The position numbers and the translations under genes are program-made. From Candidatus Sericytochromatia bacterium (GTDB taxonomy: Bacteria; Cyanobacteriota; Sericytochromatia; UBA7694): 64,000 nt of DNA. Every line of letters starts with the position of its first letter. Position 1 is the stretch's first letter. The notes beneath the pieces are model-generated. The model saw only the letters and a program-made list of their open reading frames with translations. It was not told where the DNA came from and made no database searches. The stretch is taken from the NCBI GenBank assembly GCA_037968875.1, contig JBBKWI010000024.1:4328-68327 (forward strand), given 5' to 3'. Of this stretch, positions 50,706 through 60,441 are shown one piece after another.

Positions 50706-51092
50706 ATGCTAAAGACAGTCTTGATAGGGGAGGTATCAATGATGCGCGTCATTCTTGGTCTCTATTTTAGCGTTGTTTTGCTCAGCACTGGGGCCAGTTC
50801 AGCACTGGCAATGGACTCTCCTCACGCGGTGGGTCAGGCCCAGATCGCTCATGAGCTCCATCAGTTTAATCGCACGCTGACCCTCGACAGCTTCCTTTAT
50901 CAGCCTATTTCTGAGATCGACGATAGCGATGATGCCGATCAACAACCCGCGAGCCCAGCCCTGTTTTTAATCAGCAGTCTGGCGTTAAGTATCTTAGCGC
51001 TGAGTGCTACCATTTTTGGTTTCAATTATCATTATCGAAAATCCCATACCCTAAGCGTTCGAGCTGGGCTTGTTCGCCAAAGACCTGAATAA
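50706..51092 (+). CDS. Small secreted protein with a C-terminal DDSDDAD box + TM helix + YRK tail. Third member of the motif family.
   Basis: Signal peptide. …IDDSDDADQQPASPALFLISSLALSILALSATIFGFNYHYRKSH. Confidence 0.5.
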   Translation: MLKTVLIGEVSMMRVILGLYFSVVLLSTGASSALAMDSPHAVGQAQIAHELHQFNRTLTLDSFLYQPISEIDDSDDADQQPASPALFLISSLALSILALSATIFGFNYHYRKSHTLSVRAGLVRQRPE

Positions 51093-51103
51093 ATCATTGG
51101 ATT

Positions 51104-52273
51104 TCAGCGCTGGACTCCATCTGTATTCAGAGAGATATGTAGACTGGCACGCTGGGCCTGTATCAAGACAAAAATCTGGTCTAAAATCAGAAAGGCGATC
51201 AGCGCCTTTTTTTGAGAGTCATCTGTTGGCTCAACGGCGCTCTGAGTAAGTATCGGGCTATTCAGCAGATCTTCTGGGACGTGATCCTCAAAGCGTCTGT
51301 CATACAAGCGGTTGAGGTAGTCATGGAGTTCGCTGGAATAAACCGCGCTGATCTGCAGCAGGTAAGCTCCAAAATCGCCGTAGACACCCTGGGTCAGGGA
51401 TTGCTGTATTTTGTGCTGTGTCTCGGCATCTAAACTCGGTAAGATCTCAGCAATTTTGGGCCAGAGCAGATCAATGCAAATCAAATACTCAGCGGCCCGA
51501 TAATGATTCAGGGCCATTCTGAAAAAGTCCTGCAGCGGCAAGGCCTGGGGGTGCGTACCCCATTCTTGCCAACGGGATTCGAGTTTGTCGGGGGTCAGAT
51601 AGGCCATAATGGCGTCTTCAGCGGGCTTGATCTCGCCCCCATGTAAGACCCGATAAATCAACTTTTTGAGTATTCTGGATGGAATAGACACAAAGGGAAA
51701 CCAGTGATGGCCCAGCAGCCCTTGCAAGATCTCAGGCGAGAAAAAGGTTTGCCCTAGCACCAACTCGTTCATCATGGCGGCTAGATCTTTTTGAATGATC
51801 TCCAGAGGATAGTCGGGCTGATCACGCGACAAGAGATTGATATAGACGCCCCGTTTCCAGCCATGGGTATAAAAGAAGATAATCCCTTGCCCTGCGGTAA
51901 TCTCGGTCTCTAAGAAATCGACTTTGGTAAAGGCATAAAAGCGATCCAGCGTAAGCTCTTGACCAGCTTCGAGCTCGCTGCGTACAATCCCCGATAAATC
52001 AAAGGCGTTTTTGTTAATTTTGATATGCGCTTCGCTGCGCGACAAGAGAATCAAAAAATTACTCAGCGAATCCGGCGCGACCTTGACCGTCGCCAGGGGA
52101 TATAAAAACATATTATCTATTTCCTGCATGATCGCAGAAAAAGACCCCGACCGCTGCGAAAACCAGCCCTTGCCAATCACGCGGGCCTCTTCGCCGACTT
52201 CATACGCTCCTGCAGAAATCCCCGCAAAGACCTCTGCCTGAAAGAGCTTATATTCTAAGCGCGGAATCAACAT
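51104..52273 (-). CDS. Hypothetical 389-aa protein with no recognisable domain
   Basis: Long ORF with host-like codon use. Divergent from the repeat-rich intergenic region. Confidence 0.4.
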   Translation of the reverse strand: MLIPRLEYKLFQAEVFAGISAGAYEVGEEARVIGKGWFSQRSGSFSAIMQEIDNMFLYPLATVKVAPDSLSNFLILLSRSEAHIKINKNAFDLSGIVRSELEAGQELTLDRFYAFTKVDFLETEITAGQGIIFFYTHGWKRGVYINLLSRDQPDYPLEIIQKDLAAMMNELVLGQTFFSPEILQGLLGHHWFPFVSIPSRILKKLIYRVLHGGEIKPAEDAIMAYLTPDKLESRWQEWGTHPQALPLQDFFRMALNHYRAAEYLICIDLLWPKIAEILPSLDAETQHKIQQSLTQGVYGDFGAYLLQISAVYSSELHDYLNRLYDRRFEDHVPEDLLNSPILTQSAVEPTDDSQKKALIAFLILDQIFVLIQAQRASLHISLNTDGVQR

Positions 52274-52530
52274 AGTCGCCTCTGGATAATAGCCATTAAA
52301 CCAGCCCTAATTTCAATTGATTAAACGACGGCTCCGCTTCAGCAAATGCGACATCACCCGTGAAAGCTTTTTGCATCAAGTCGTCGAGACGCTGGATAAA
52401 GATCAGATAGCTAAACTGCTCGACTTTGAGTTTCATCTCACCGGTAATCATGGGGAAGCCTCAATCCGTGTCTATAGTTCGTTCATTTTACCGCAGGTTG
52501 ATCTCTTAAACTTGAGGGATTGAACAAACC

Positions 52531-52608
52531 CACACTGTTTGGGGGAGGTAATGGCGATAGGGAGAGGCCCCGCACTGTTTGGGGGGGGTAATGGCGATAG
52601 GGAGAGGC
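52531..52608. repeat. Two tandem ~40-bp direct repeats (c(a/g)cactgtttggggg(a/g)ggtaatggcgatagggagaggc)
   Basis: Read directly at 52531-52568 and 52571-52608. Confidence 0.8.
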
Positions 52609-52622
52609 TCTGAGGAGCGAGG

Positions 52623-52820
52623 CCCCGTATCAAGTACGGGGCGACACACGTTATTTTTTGTTGGTTTAAAGCTTTGGCTTAGGTGTGAGCTTGAGGGAAG
52701 AGATCAACGCAATCAACAAACTTTGTTTTGTTTTGATCATTTTAAACAGCACTCAACTCCAGTCGTTTTAAAAAACACCCTAACCCAAAAAATGACTGTC
52801 GCCCCGTACTTGATACGGGG
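52623..52820. repeat. Pair of inverted 21-24-bp GC hairpin repeats (ccccgta-tcaag-tacgggg and its reverse complement) flanking a ~155-bp AT-rich segment. MITE/REP-like or paired terminators.
   Basis: 52623-52643 ggccccgtatcaagtacggggcg (followed by a T-run) and 52798-52820 gtcgccccgtacttgatacgggg. Confidence 0.7.
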
Positions 52821-53040
52821 CCTCACCTAAAACCACTTAACCTATAAAACCTCACACCTCACCAAGAGCTCACAGCCTCACCTAAAACCACTTAACCTAT
52901 AAAACCTCACACCTCACCAAGAGCTCACAGCCCCACCTAAAACCACTTAACCTATAAAACCTCACGCCTCACCAAGAGCTCACAGCCTCACCCAAAACAA
53001 CTTAACCCTATTCACTCACACCTCACCAAAACACACGCCC
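52821..53040. repeat. 55-bp tandem direct repeat: 3 near-perfect copies plus one degenerate copy. No spacers.
   Basis: Unit cctcacctaaaaccacttaacctataaaacctcacacctcaccaagagctcacag at 52821, 52876 and 52931. Degenerate copy at 52986. Followed by a hairpin-like tcccgcatcaagtacggga at 53058. Confidence 0.85.
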
Positions 53041-53164
53041 TCGCCCCCAAATCCCGCATCAAGTACGGGACAAGCCCTCAAGCAAGCCCCCAAATCGATT
53101 TGTGAATGCGTTAACCCCAGGCTCATTGGGTATATTAAAAAAGAGTTCAGTCCCAAACAAGCGC

Positions 53165-53476
53165 ATGCAATCGGAGCATATGGTGCCCAAACAGTACTAC
53201 GTCTACATTTTGGCCCATAGCCCCTATGGCGCTTTGTATGTAGGCGTCACCAACAATCTGCTGCGGCGCATGTGGGAGCACAAGCGGGTCAGAAACCCCA
53301 AAGCCCACACTGCCAAATACCACATTCATACGTTGGTCTGGTACGAAACCCATACTGACATCCATGAAGCCATTGCCCACGAAAAGAAACTCAAAAAATG
53401 GAAGCGGCAATGGAAATTTGATTTAATTGAATCGCAGAACCCGGAGTGGCAAGATTTGTATGCAGGCTTGCTTTAG
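53165..53476 (+). CDS. GIY-YIG nuclease-superfamily protein (UPF0213-like)
   Basis: QYYVYILAHSPYGALYVGVTNNLLRRMWEHK is the GIY-YIG core. Confidence 0.8.
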   Translation: MQSEHMVPKQYYVYILAHSPYGALYVGVTNNLLRRMWEHKRVRNPKAHTAKYHIHTLVWYETHTDIHEAIAHEKKLKKWKRQWKFDLIESQNPEWQDLYAGLL

Positions 53477-53595
53477 ACAACCGGCCTTAAAAAAGGCCTT
53501 CAGGGCTTATCTGGAAAGGCTCTCATGAGCATCCGTAATCTACATGGATGTCAAAAAGCGCTAAACTGTTAGCATCACCATAAGGCAGGGCTCAG

Positions 53596-55500
53596 ATGAC
53601 TCGGATAACGCTCAAGGATCGCTTTCGCTACCGCTTCGACCAACTGATGGCCAGGGGCACGGTCGTGATGGTGATCGGGCTCTTTTTGTTCTCAGCAGCT
53701 TTGATTATGGTAACCTCGATCGTGGTCTTTCTGACGGGAGTTGTGCCACCAGTACAAGGCCACCAGGCCCATTTTATCGATGTGATCTGGCTCAGCCTGA
53801 TGCGCACCCTTGATGGAGGCACCATGGGCATGGACACTGGCCCCTGGTCCTATTTGCTCTGTATGCTCTTTATTACCTCAGCAGGGATCTTGTTTATTAG
53901 CACCCTGACCGGGATTTTGGCCGCAGGGATCGAGCAAAAAATGGACAATCTGCGCAAAGGCCATTCCTTTGTGCTGGAGCAAGACCATGTCGTGCTACTG
54001 GGGTGGTCCCATCAGATTTTCCCGGTACTGGAAGAACTGTTCTGCGCCAATCAAGATACACCCGATTTTCGGATAGTGATTCTGGCCGAGCATGACAAAG
54101 TCGACATGGAAGATGAGATCCAGTTTAAATTGGGCAAGCGTATTCGCAAGCGCGTGGTCTGCCGCAATGGCAGTCCGATGGAGATCGCAGCATTGAACAT
54201 CGTCAATCTCAATGCCGCCCGTTCGATCATCATCCTGGCACCCGAAAACAGCAGCGATCCCGACTCAGATGTGATCAAGACCATTCTCGCTATTACCAAT
54301 AATCCCGAACGCGCAGAGCACCCTTATCACATCGTGGCAGCCGTGCGCAGCGCCAAAAACCTGTCGGTCGCCAAAATGGTGGGCAAAGATGAAGTCGAAG
54401 TGGTGCTGACCAACCGACTGATTGCGCGTCTGATCGTGCAAGCCTGCCGTCAAAACGGCCTTTCGATTCTCTATCAGGACATTCTGGACTTTAAAGGCAA
54501 TAATATTCTGTTTAAGCAGGTGCCTGAACTGGTGGGGAAAAGCTTTAAACAGGCCGCCTTTGCTTTTGAGAGCACATCGGTGCTGGGCATTTGTAGTGCC
54601 GCCGGGCAGATTCGCCTCAATCCCGAAGCCGAAACACGCATCGTTAGTGGAGACCAATTGGTCGTCCTGAACCTCGATATTCACAAAGTACGCTTGTCCC
54701 AGCAGCAAGCCCATTGGGAAGCCGAAGCCCTACCTCCCTTGCAAGCACGCGAACAACCCCCTTCCAAAACCCTGATTCTGGGCTGGAATCACAATACCAC
54801 CACCGTGATCAATGAACTAGACGCCTATGTCGCCCCGGCATCTCAGGTGCTGGTCGTCGCTGAATTGCCTGAATCTGAAAGCGAGATCCGACAGCACTGC
54901 CAGCAACTCAGTCATTTGCAGACCCGTTTTGAATTGGGCGATACCAGTGACCGCGATTTGCTCGAGCGCCTGATGCAAGAGGACTACGATTATATTATGA
55001 CCATGGCCTATTCTGATCATCTCGACGTGCAACAGGCCGATGCCAAAACCCTGCTGACACTGCTGCATTTGCGCGATCTATCCAATCAGCGTCAACAAAG
55101 CATCTCAATTACCAGTGAGATGCTAGATATGCGAAATCGCCAATTGGCTCAGATTGCCCAGGTCAACGACTTTATCGTCAGTGATAAGCTGACCAGTTTG
55201 ATGATGGCCCAGTTGGCGCAAAACAAAGCCTTGAGTGCTATTTTTGATGAACTATTGAGTCCAGAGGGAGTCGAAATATACCTCAAGCCCGCTGCCGAGT
55301 ATGTGCACTTGCAGCAGCCGGTTAATTTTTACACCGTGCTGGAGTCGGGCTTTCGCTACCAGGAAATTGCCGTGGGCTATAAGCTCAAGCATTTAGAACA
55401 CGTTGCTCAGGAAAACTACGGCATTTTTCTCAATCCCGACAAATCTGATACCATCACCTTTTCTGAGGGCGATCGGATCATTGTGATCGCTGAAGACTAA
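53596..55500 (+). CDS. CASTOR/POLLUX(DMI1)-related putative ion channel with tandem RCK/TrkA-N domains
   Basis: N-terminal TM helices plus a pore-like segment. Two Rossmann-like RCK-N cores (HVVLLGWSHQIFPVLEEL; KTLILGWNHNTTTVINEL). Confidence 0.65.
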   Translation: MTRITLKDRFRYRFDQLMARGTVVMVIGLFLFSAALIMVTSIVVFLTGVVPPVQGHQAHFIDVIWLSLMRTLDGGTMGMDTGPWSYLLCMLFITSAGILFISTLTGILAAGIEQKMDNLRKGHSFVLEQDHVVLLGWSHQIFPVLEELFCANQDTPDFRIVILAEHDKVDMEDEIQFKLGKRIRKRVVCRNGSPMEIAALNIVNLNAARSIIILAPENSSDPDSDVIKTILAITNNPERAEHPYHIVAAVRSAKNLSVAKMVGKDEVEVVLTNRLIARLIVQACRQNGLSILYQDILDFKGNNILFKQVPELVGKSFKQAAFAFESTSVLGICSAAGQIRLNPEAETRIVSGDQLVVLNLDIHKVRLSQQQAHWEAEALPPLQAREQPPSKTLILGWNHNTTTVINELDAYVAPASQVLVVAELPESESEIRQHCQQLSHLQTRFELGDTSDRDLLERLMQEDYDYIMTMAYSDHLDVQQADAKTLLTLLHLRDLSNQRQQSISITSEMLDMRNRQLAQIAQVNDFIVSDKLTSLMMAQLAQNKALSAIFDELLSPEGVEIYLKPAAEYVHLQQPVNFYTVLESGFRYQEIAVGYKLKHLEHVAQENYGIFLNPDKSDTITFSEGDRIIVIAED

Positions 55501-55664
55501 CTGAGTGTTCAGCGATCCCGTGACGATCATCTGTTTCTGCCGGGTCTGTATAGAGCACCGCAAGCATGCGCTCCATCTCATAGTATCGCCCCTGTTCAGC
55601 TCTTAGCGATTTTGAATAATAACGCTTTGCGTTTAAGATACATGAAACACTTTCAGGAAACCAT

Positions 55665-56546
55665 ATGAATACGATTATACAAATTGTCCTACCGTTGGCA
55701 CTGGCTTTTATTATGTTTTCAATGGGCTTAGACCTGACCCTCAACGATTTTAAACGCATTGGCAAATTCCCCAAAGCCTTTATTTTGGGTTTTGTGCTTC
55801 AGTTTGTCTCGCTGCCTGTGCTGGCCTTTGGATTGGCAGCTGTATTTATGAAGTTCGGGCTCGCGCCTGAATATGCCGTTGGCCTGGTCATTATTGCGAC
55901 CTGCCCTGGCGGGGTCACCTCAAACATGATGACCCATTTGGCTCAGGGGGATGCAGCCCTTTCGATTGCCTTAACCGCTGTGACCAGCGTGGTGAGTGTA
56001 CTGACCCTGCCGTTTTTGATTAATCTGGGGCTCAGTACGTTTATGGGAGCTCAAAATGCAGTGGTGCTTCCGATTGGTAAAACGATTATAGGTATTTTTT
56101 GTATTACCACTGTACCCGTCGCCATCGGTATGCTGATCAAACATTATAAAAACAAGCTGGCAACACACTGGGAGCCCATGGCCAGAAAACTGGCTGCGAT
56201 TTTCTTTGTTGTGATCGTTATGGCAGCCATTCTAAAAGACTGGGCGCTCATTGCAGAAAATATCTTGACCATTGGACCGATGGCGTTGTTGCTAAATAGC
56301 TTAACCATGCTCGTCGCGTTTGGGGCATCTCGTTTGGCTAAATTAGATCAGTCCCAAACGACGGCGATCACCTATGAATGTGGTTTTCAAAATGGGACCC
56401 TGGCTATTTTCATTACGCTAACACTCTTACAAAATGAGAAAATGATGATCCCAGGAGGAATCTATTCTATCTTGATGTTTGCAACAGCCCTGATTTATTT
56501 TTTAATCCTTCGCAAAACAAATCAACGTTTGCAGACAGACGCTTAG
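55665..56546 (+). CDS. Bile acid:sodium symporter (BASS) family transporter
   Basis: About 9 TM helices and BASS-like motifs (ATCPGGVTSNMMT, ECGFQNGTLA). Confidence 0.8.
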   Translation: MNTIIQIVLPLALAFIMFSMGLDLTLNDFKRIGKFPKAFILGFVLQFVSLPVLAFGLAAVFMKFGLAPEYAVGLVIIATCPGGVTSNMMTHLAQGDAALSIALTAVTSVVSVLTLPFLINLGLSTFMGAQNAVVLPIGKTIIGIFCITTVPVAIGMLIKHYKNKLATHWEPMARKLAAIFFVVIVMAAILKDWALIAENILTIGPMALLLNSLTMLVAFGASRLAKLDQSQTTAITYECGFQNGTLAIFITLTLLQNEKMMIPGGIYSILMFATALIYFLILRKTNQRLQTDA

Positions 56547-56567
56547 TATTAAAAAAGGATACAAACC

Positions 56568-56870
56568 ATGAGCAAACATTACCTGACACCATTAATCGCA
56601 TTAAGCTCTAGCTTGTACTGGTTAAGTGCTTGCGCCAGCACCCCCGATGGCAAACATATTAAAGATCAAAGCTGTAGCGATTGGAGCCAAAACACGACGG
56701 GCGTGGCCATGGTCGGACATCACGATCGGGTGGGTCTGGGCTTTGGGCAATCGACCCAATCATGGAACTCGGCTCATGCCAGTCTGGGTTGCCGTCCAGA
56801 CCAACTCAAAACCACCGGTGGTGCAGGATTATTCTATTGCTTTGCTGCCGATGCTCCTACACAGCGGTAG
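56568..56870 (+). CDS. Small lipoprotein, hypothetical
   Basis: Signal/lipobox LSACAS. Confidence 0.35.
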   Translation: MSKHYLTPLIALSSSLYWLSACASTPDGKHIKDQSCSDWSQNTTGVAMVGHHDRVGLGFGQSTQSWNSAHASLGCRPDQLKTTGGAGLFYCFAADAPTQR

Positions 56871-56888
56871 ATGCTCTTTTTACTTTGG

Positions 56889-57341
56889 CTAATTTTCGGG
56901 TAGGGCTTGCAGTGGTTTTTGGGCAAACCAATCGACAATGCCAGGCATTTGCGCTTCAAAACCTGCCGGAGCGTTGATGCTGATAAAACCACAACTTTCA
57001 TTGCCGTGATTCTCAAAATCATGGCGGGCCCCACCGGGAATTAAGACATAGCTTCCCCGAGGGGCTTCGGTCTGTTCACTGTCCAGAAAAAGAGTCAGCG
57101 TGCCGCTGAGTATGTAATAAATATGGTCTTCGGGATGCTGATGCACTCCTGGGCCTGGGGTTCGGGGTTCCAGCCACCACTCAGAGATCGCATAACGCCC
57201 GTCGGTTTCCTCCTGGTAGGCATAGAACACGGCTGTCATGCGCCCCATCTCATATCTGCGCCCTTGCTCAGGTTGGATCACCCGTGCTCTGGGCTGAGCA
57301 TGACTTTCTCTTTCCATTCTGGCTCCTTCTGATAGCTCCAA
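56889..57341 (-). CDS. Cupin-domain protein
   Basis: Cupin motifs GVHQHPEDHIYYILSG and YVLIPGGARHDFEN. Confidence 0.7.
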   Translation of the reverse strand: MELSEGARMERESHAQPRARVIQPEQGRRYEMGRMTAVFYAYQEETDGRYAISEWWLEPRTPGPGVHQHPEDHIYYILSGTLTLFLDSEQTEAPRGSYVLIPGGARHDFENHGNESCGFISINAPAGFEAQMPGIVDWFAQKPLQALPEN

Positions 57342-57345
57342 AAGT

Positions 57346-57723
57346 TTATCCGCTTATTTTTAGTTTAATCTGCTTTTCAGACTCAAGATCACCCCTAAAC
57401 AGGTGCTGAACCGTCAAAGTCGTCTCACCGGGTTGGGCGGCTTGAAAAATAAAGAGACCCGTCGCCGCGTCACCACCTGTCATGCCCTCGCCCATATTCT
57501 CAGGATGCGTATAATCCGTTTGATCCTCTACAAATTGAAGCTTTGTTTTGTCTGAAATAAGGTACTCTGCAGTAAAGCCGACAGAGTCATGCTTCTTGTA
57601 GTGGTAACTCACTTGCTGACCTACTTTTAGATCGACAGCACTCAAATCGGTAATATCCATTGGCTTGCTACATCCCATCAAACAGGTTAAAAGTGATACA
57701 AGTACTAAGTTAATTTTCATCAA
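57346..57723 (-). CDS. Chagasin-family (I42) peptidase-inhibitor lipoprotein
   Basis: Lipobox LMGCS. GMTGGDAATGLFIFQAAQPGETTL matches the chagasin core. Confidence 0.6.
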   Translation of the reverse strand: MMKINLVLVSLLTCLMGCSKPMDITDLSAVDLKVGQQVSYHYKKHDSVGFTAEYLISDKTKLQFVEDQTDYTHPENMGEGMTGGDAATGLFIFQAAQPGETTLTVQHLFRGDLESEKQIKLKISG

Positions 57724-57874
57724 CGTTTGAACACTTCCATTCTCACAATTTGATCTCGCCGGTTATCATCTAGGCTCTTCTTTGGTGACAACATTTGGAT
57801 TCATTTTACCGCAGGTGGGCAAAAGTTAAAATTGAGAGCTTGTTTTTAAACATACTTGGACATAGCGTATTCGA

Positions 57875-57900
57875 AATTCGCATATCGCGATATGCGATAT
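57875..57900. promoter_or_regulatory. Perfect 18-bp palindrome (cgcatatcgcgatatgcg, 57879-57896) 30 bp upstream of the wHTH gene. Candidate operator.
   Basis: Read directly. Extended imperfect symmetry reaches ~26 bp. Confidence 0.5.
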
Positions 57901-57929
57901 TTTGTTATAATTGCCTGTAGGAGATTTTC

Positions 57930-58454
57930 ATGAAAGAACACAAAGGCATGCGCCCACAGGACATTGCTATCTTGCTATATCTGATAGACCTCAATACCAC
58001 AGACTGGAAAATCAGCGAGGTCGCTCATGCGCTCAAGATCAGTCAATCAGAAGTTTCAGAAGCCTTGTATCGCTGTCAGATAGCAAAATTGCTGGACAAA
58101 AAACACAAAAAGGTTTTTCGTACGGGCCTGCTGGAGTTTGTCTTGCATGGTTTAAAATATGTTTTTCCTGTCGTGCCGGGTGCGCTAACCCGAGGGATAC
58201 CGACAGCCCATGCGGCTCCGCCTTTAAATAAGCAGATTGTACAAGGCCCAGAATTTTTTGTTTGGCCTTATGCAGAAGGAACCCACAGAGGTCAGGAAAT
58301 CACACCGTTGTATAAAACGCTACCTGCTGCCGTAAGCGATAAACCCGGATTTTATGCTCTGCTGGCATTGTGTGATGCCATCAGAATAGGGCGAGCACGA
58401 GAAGTCAATCTGGCCCGCAGTGAATTAAGCCAAAGGATTCTAAATCATGACTAA
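57930..58454 (+). CDS. Winged-HTH protein (N-terminal wHTH + unknown C-terminal domain). Start is probably MRPQDIAIL.
   Basis: DIAILLYLIDLNTTDWKISEVAHALKISQSEVSEALYRC is wHTH-like. Confidence 0.45.
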   Translation: MKEHKGMRPQDIAILLYLIDLNTTDWKISEVAHALKISQSEVSEALYRCQIAKLLDKKHKKVFRTGLLEFVLHGLKYVFPVVPGALTRGIPTAHAAPPLNKQIVQGPEFFVWPYAEGTHRGQEITPLYKTLPAAVSDKPGFYALLALCDAIRIGRAREVNLARSELSQRILNHD

Positions 58455-58659
58455 AACCAATCTCGATATGCTCCAAATGATTGCCACAGGATTGGCTGAG
58501 TTTAAAGAAGATGTTGCATATTTTGAATAACTCGTATAAAAATCTTCTCACTATCTAAAACTGGCGCGGATAGAATGTTCAGGTTTCCACTTTAAAAACT
58601 TGCTATTACAGCAAGGATTATGTACCATTAATATAAGTATATTACTTAGGTACATCAAT

Positions 58660-59388
58660 ATGAGCGTCTATAAAGAAACAAAAAAAAGTGTTTTAAAAAT
58701 TGACGAAGGGTCTATTTTTTCCTCGGCAGATTTTAAAGACATTTCACAAGAAAAAAACCCTGTCCATAAAGCTCTGAGTAATTTATGTAAGCAGGGGACT
58801 ATTGAACGTCTGAGCAAAAGTCTCTACTACAAGCCTGAGAGAACAGAACTAGGTACATTAGCACCTAGCTCAAGTCGTGTTATAGAGCAGCTTCTCAAAA
58901 CATATAAAAAAAATATTGCCTATATTACGGGGCCGAGTGTTTACCCACGCCTGGGTTTAACTACACAATGGTCGCCAGAAATCTATATTGCTACAGATAT
59001 GGGAAAAAAGGAGCCTATGCATATCGGGTCTTTAAAAGTCACTTTTTGCCCTAGCTCCTTCAAAGGAAAACAAGCAGATACATACTTACTCCAGTGGCTT
59101 GATGCGGCTAAAAATATTCGTTCCATTTCAGGAACAACACCAACAGAATCAGCATTGCAGTTAGAGCAGCTCCTCCTTGAAATGAGTCAAAAACAACGCA
59201 AAGTGCTTGTCAGATATGCTCAGTCTTACCCTGCCTCTACAAGAGCACTTGTCGGTCTCCTGCTTGAAAGAATAGGCGAAAAGAATGCTGCAAAAATCGT
59301 ATACAAAAGCCTCTCCCGCACGAGTATCTATCGCATTCCCTTACAAGCTTCTGTTTTCCCTTCACTTTCTCAATGGAATATCCGATGA
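58660..59388 (+). CDS. AbiEi-like (DUF6088-type) antitoxin / transcriptional component of a type IV TA or abortive-infection pair
   Basis: Size ~240 aa. N-terminal wHTH-like segment. 16-bp overlap with the downstream nucleotidyltransferase gene. AT-rich. Confidence 0.5.
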   Translation: MSVYKETKKSVLKIDEGSIFSSADFKDISQEKNPVHKALSNLCKQGTIERLSKSLYYKPERTELGTLAPSSSRVIEQLLKTYKKNIAYITGPSVYPRLGLTTQWSPEIYIATDMGKKEPMHIGSLKVTFCPSSFKGKQADTYLLQWLDAAKNIRSISGTTPTESALQLEQLLLEMSQKQRKVLVRYAQSYPASTRALVGLLLERIGEKNAAKIVYKSLSRTSIYRIPLQASVFPSLSQWNIR

Positions 59389-60362
59389 ATCTTCATGAAT
59401 CGCCTAAGGTATTTGAGCAGTATATTCGTTTGAGCGCCCAGCACTTTAATAGGGTCGATACCTTTATCGAAAAGGATTATTGGCTGACCAGTCTTCTCAA
59501 AAATCTCTCTGAGCACGAATATGGCCATCTTTTTGTTTTTAAGGGTGGCACGTCGCTTTCTAAGGCCTATGGAATGATTGAGCGTTTTTCTGAGGATCTC
59601 GATCTTGCTTTACTGACAGAAGGACTTACGGGAAATCAGGGGAAAACACGAATTGACCGCGTTTCGAAAAATATTTCAAAACACTTACAAGAAGTGCATA
59701 TAGCGCAGCAAACCAAAAAATGGACGCGGTTCCGTCGCACGTTTCATGCCTACCCCGCAGTGATCGCTCCCATTCCGGGGACACAAATGCAGCCCTTCAT
59801 TTGTTTAGAAATCAACTCGTTTGCAACGCCTCACCCGCATACTCCCGTAGAAATGTCCTCTTTTATTGAGCAATTTTTACAACAAAAAGGCCAACTGGAG
59901 GCCATTACAAAATATGGCTTAAAATCATTTTCTATTCAGGTGCTTAAACCAGAACGCACCTTGGCGGAGAAGATACTCGCACTGGCTCGCGCTTCCTACC
60001 ATGAGACCCCGATATTACAGCTACAGAATAAAATCCGTCATGCCTATGATCTTCATATTATGATGCAGCCCGAAAATCTAGGTGACTTTTACCAGTCCCA
60101 GTCTTTATTCGATATATTGAGTCAGGCCCAGGTCGACGATTTGAATAGTCAGGAATTTACCGGGGATTGGCACGAGCACCCTCTCAGTAGTTCTTTATTT
60201 TTTCAGGGTGGCGAGAGCTTATGGGAAAATCTCAATCAAGTATATACTGGCCCATTTGCCAGCCTGGTCTATGGGGAGTTGCCATCGTTGCAGGCTATCC
60301 GCCACTCTATGGAACAACTCGCCGCCCGATTAAACGAGTTTGACCACCGTTCAGAGGCTTAG
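59385..60362 (+). CDS. AbiEii/AbiGii-family nucleotidyltransferase toxin (DUF1814)
   Basis: FVFKGGTSLSKAYGMIERFSEDLDLAL is the pol-beta-like NTase motif characteristic of AbiEii. Confidence 0.7.
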   Translation: MNLHESPKVFEQYIRLSAQHFNRVDTFIEKDYWLTSLLKNLSEHEYGHLFVFKGGTSLSKAYGMIERFSEDLDLALLTEGLTGNQGKTRIDRVSKNISKHLQEVHIAQQTKKWTRFRRTFHAYPAVIAPIPGTQMQPFICLEINSFATPHPHTPVEMSSFIEQFLQQKGQLEAITKYGLKSFSIQVLKPERTLAEKILALARASYHETPILQLQNKIRHAYDLHIMMQPENLGDFYQSQSLFDILSQAQVDDLNSQEFTGDWHEHPLSSSLFFQGGESLWENLNQVYTGPFASLVYGELPSLQAIRHSMEQLAARLNEFDHRSEA

Positions 60363-60441
60363 TCCATCGAGGTGTCTGATCTTAACATGCGAAATCCAGA
60401 TTTCAAGATGGCGTCAGTTTAACTTTAGGCTAAGAATTGCT

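Noticed and set aside
52579-52830. 83-aa ORF in the track
   Set aside because: It lies entirely within the hairpin-flanked AT-rich repeat segment. It has no RBS context and low-complexity translation. Likely non-coding.
52821-53040. Possible CRISPR array
   Set aside because: The 55-bp units are directly contiguous, with no unique spacers between them. No cas genes are nearby. It is a tandem repeat, not CRISPR.
58447-58530. 27-aa ORF overlapping the stop of the wHTH gene (MTKTNLDMLQMIATGLAEFKEDVAYFE)
   Set aside because: Too short to evaluate. Could be a leader or remnant, and there is no evidence of function.
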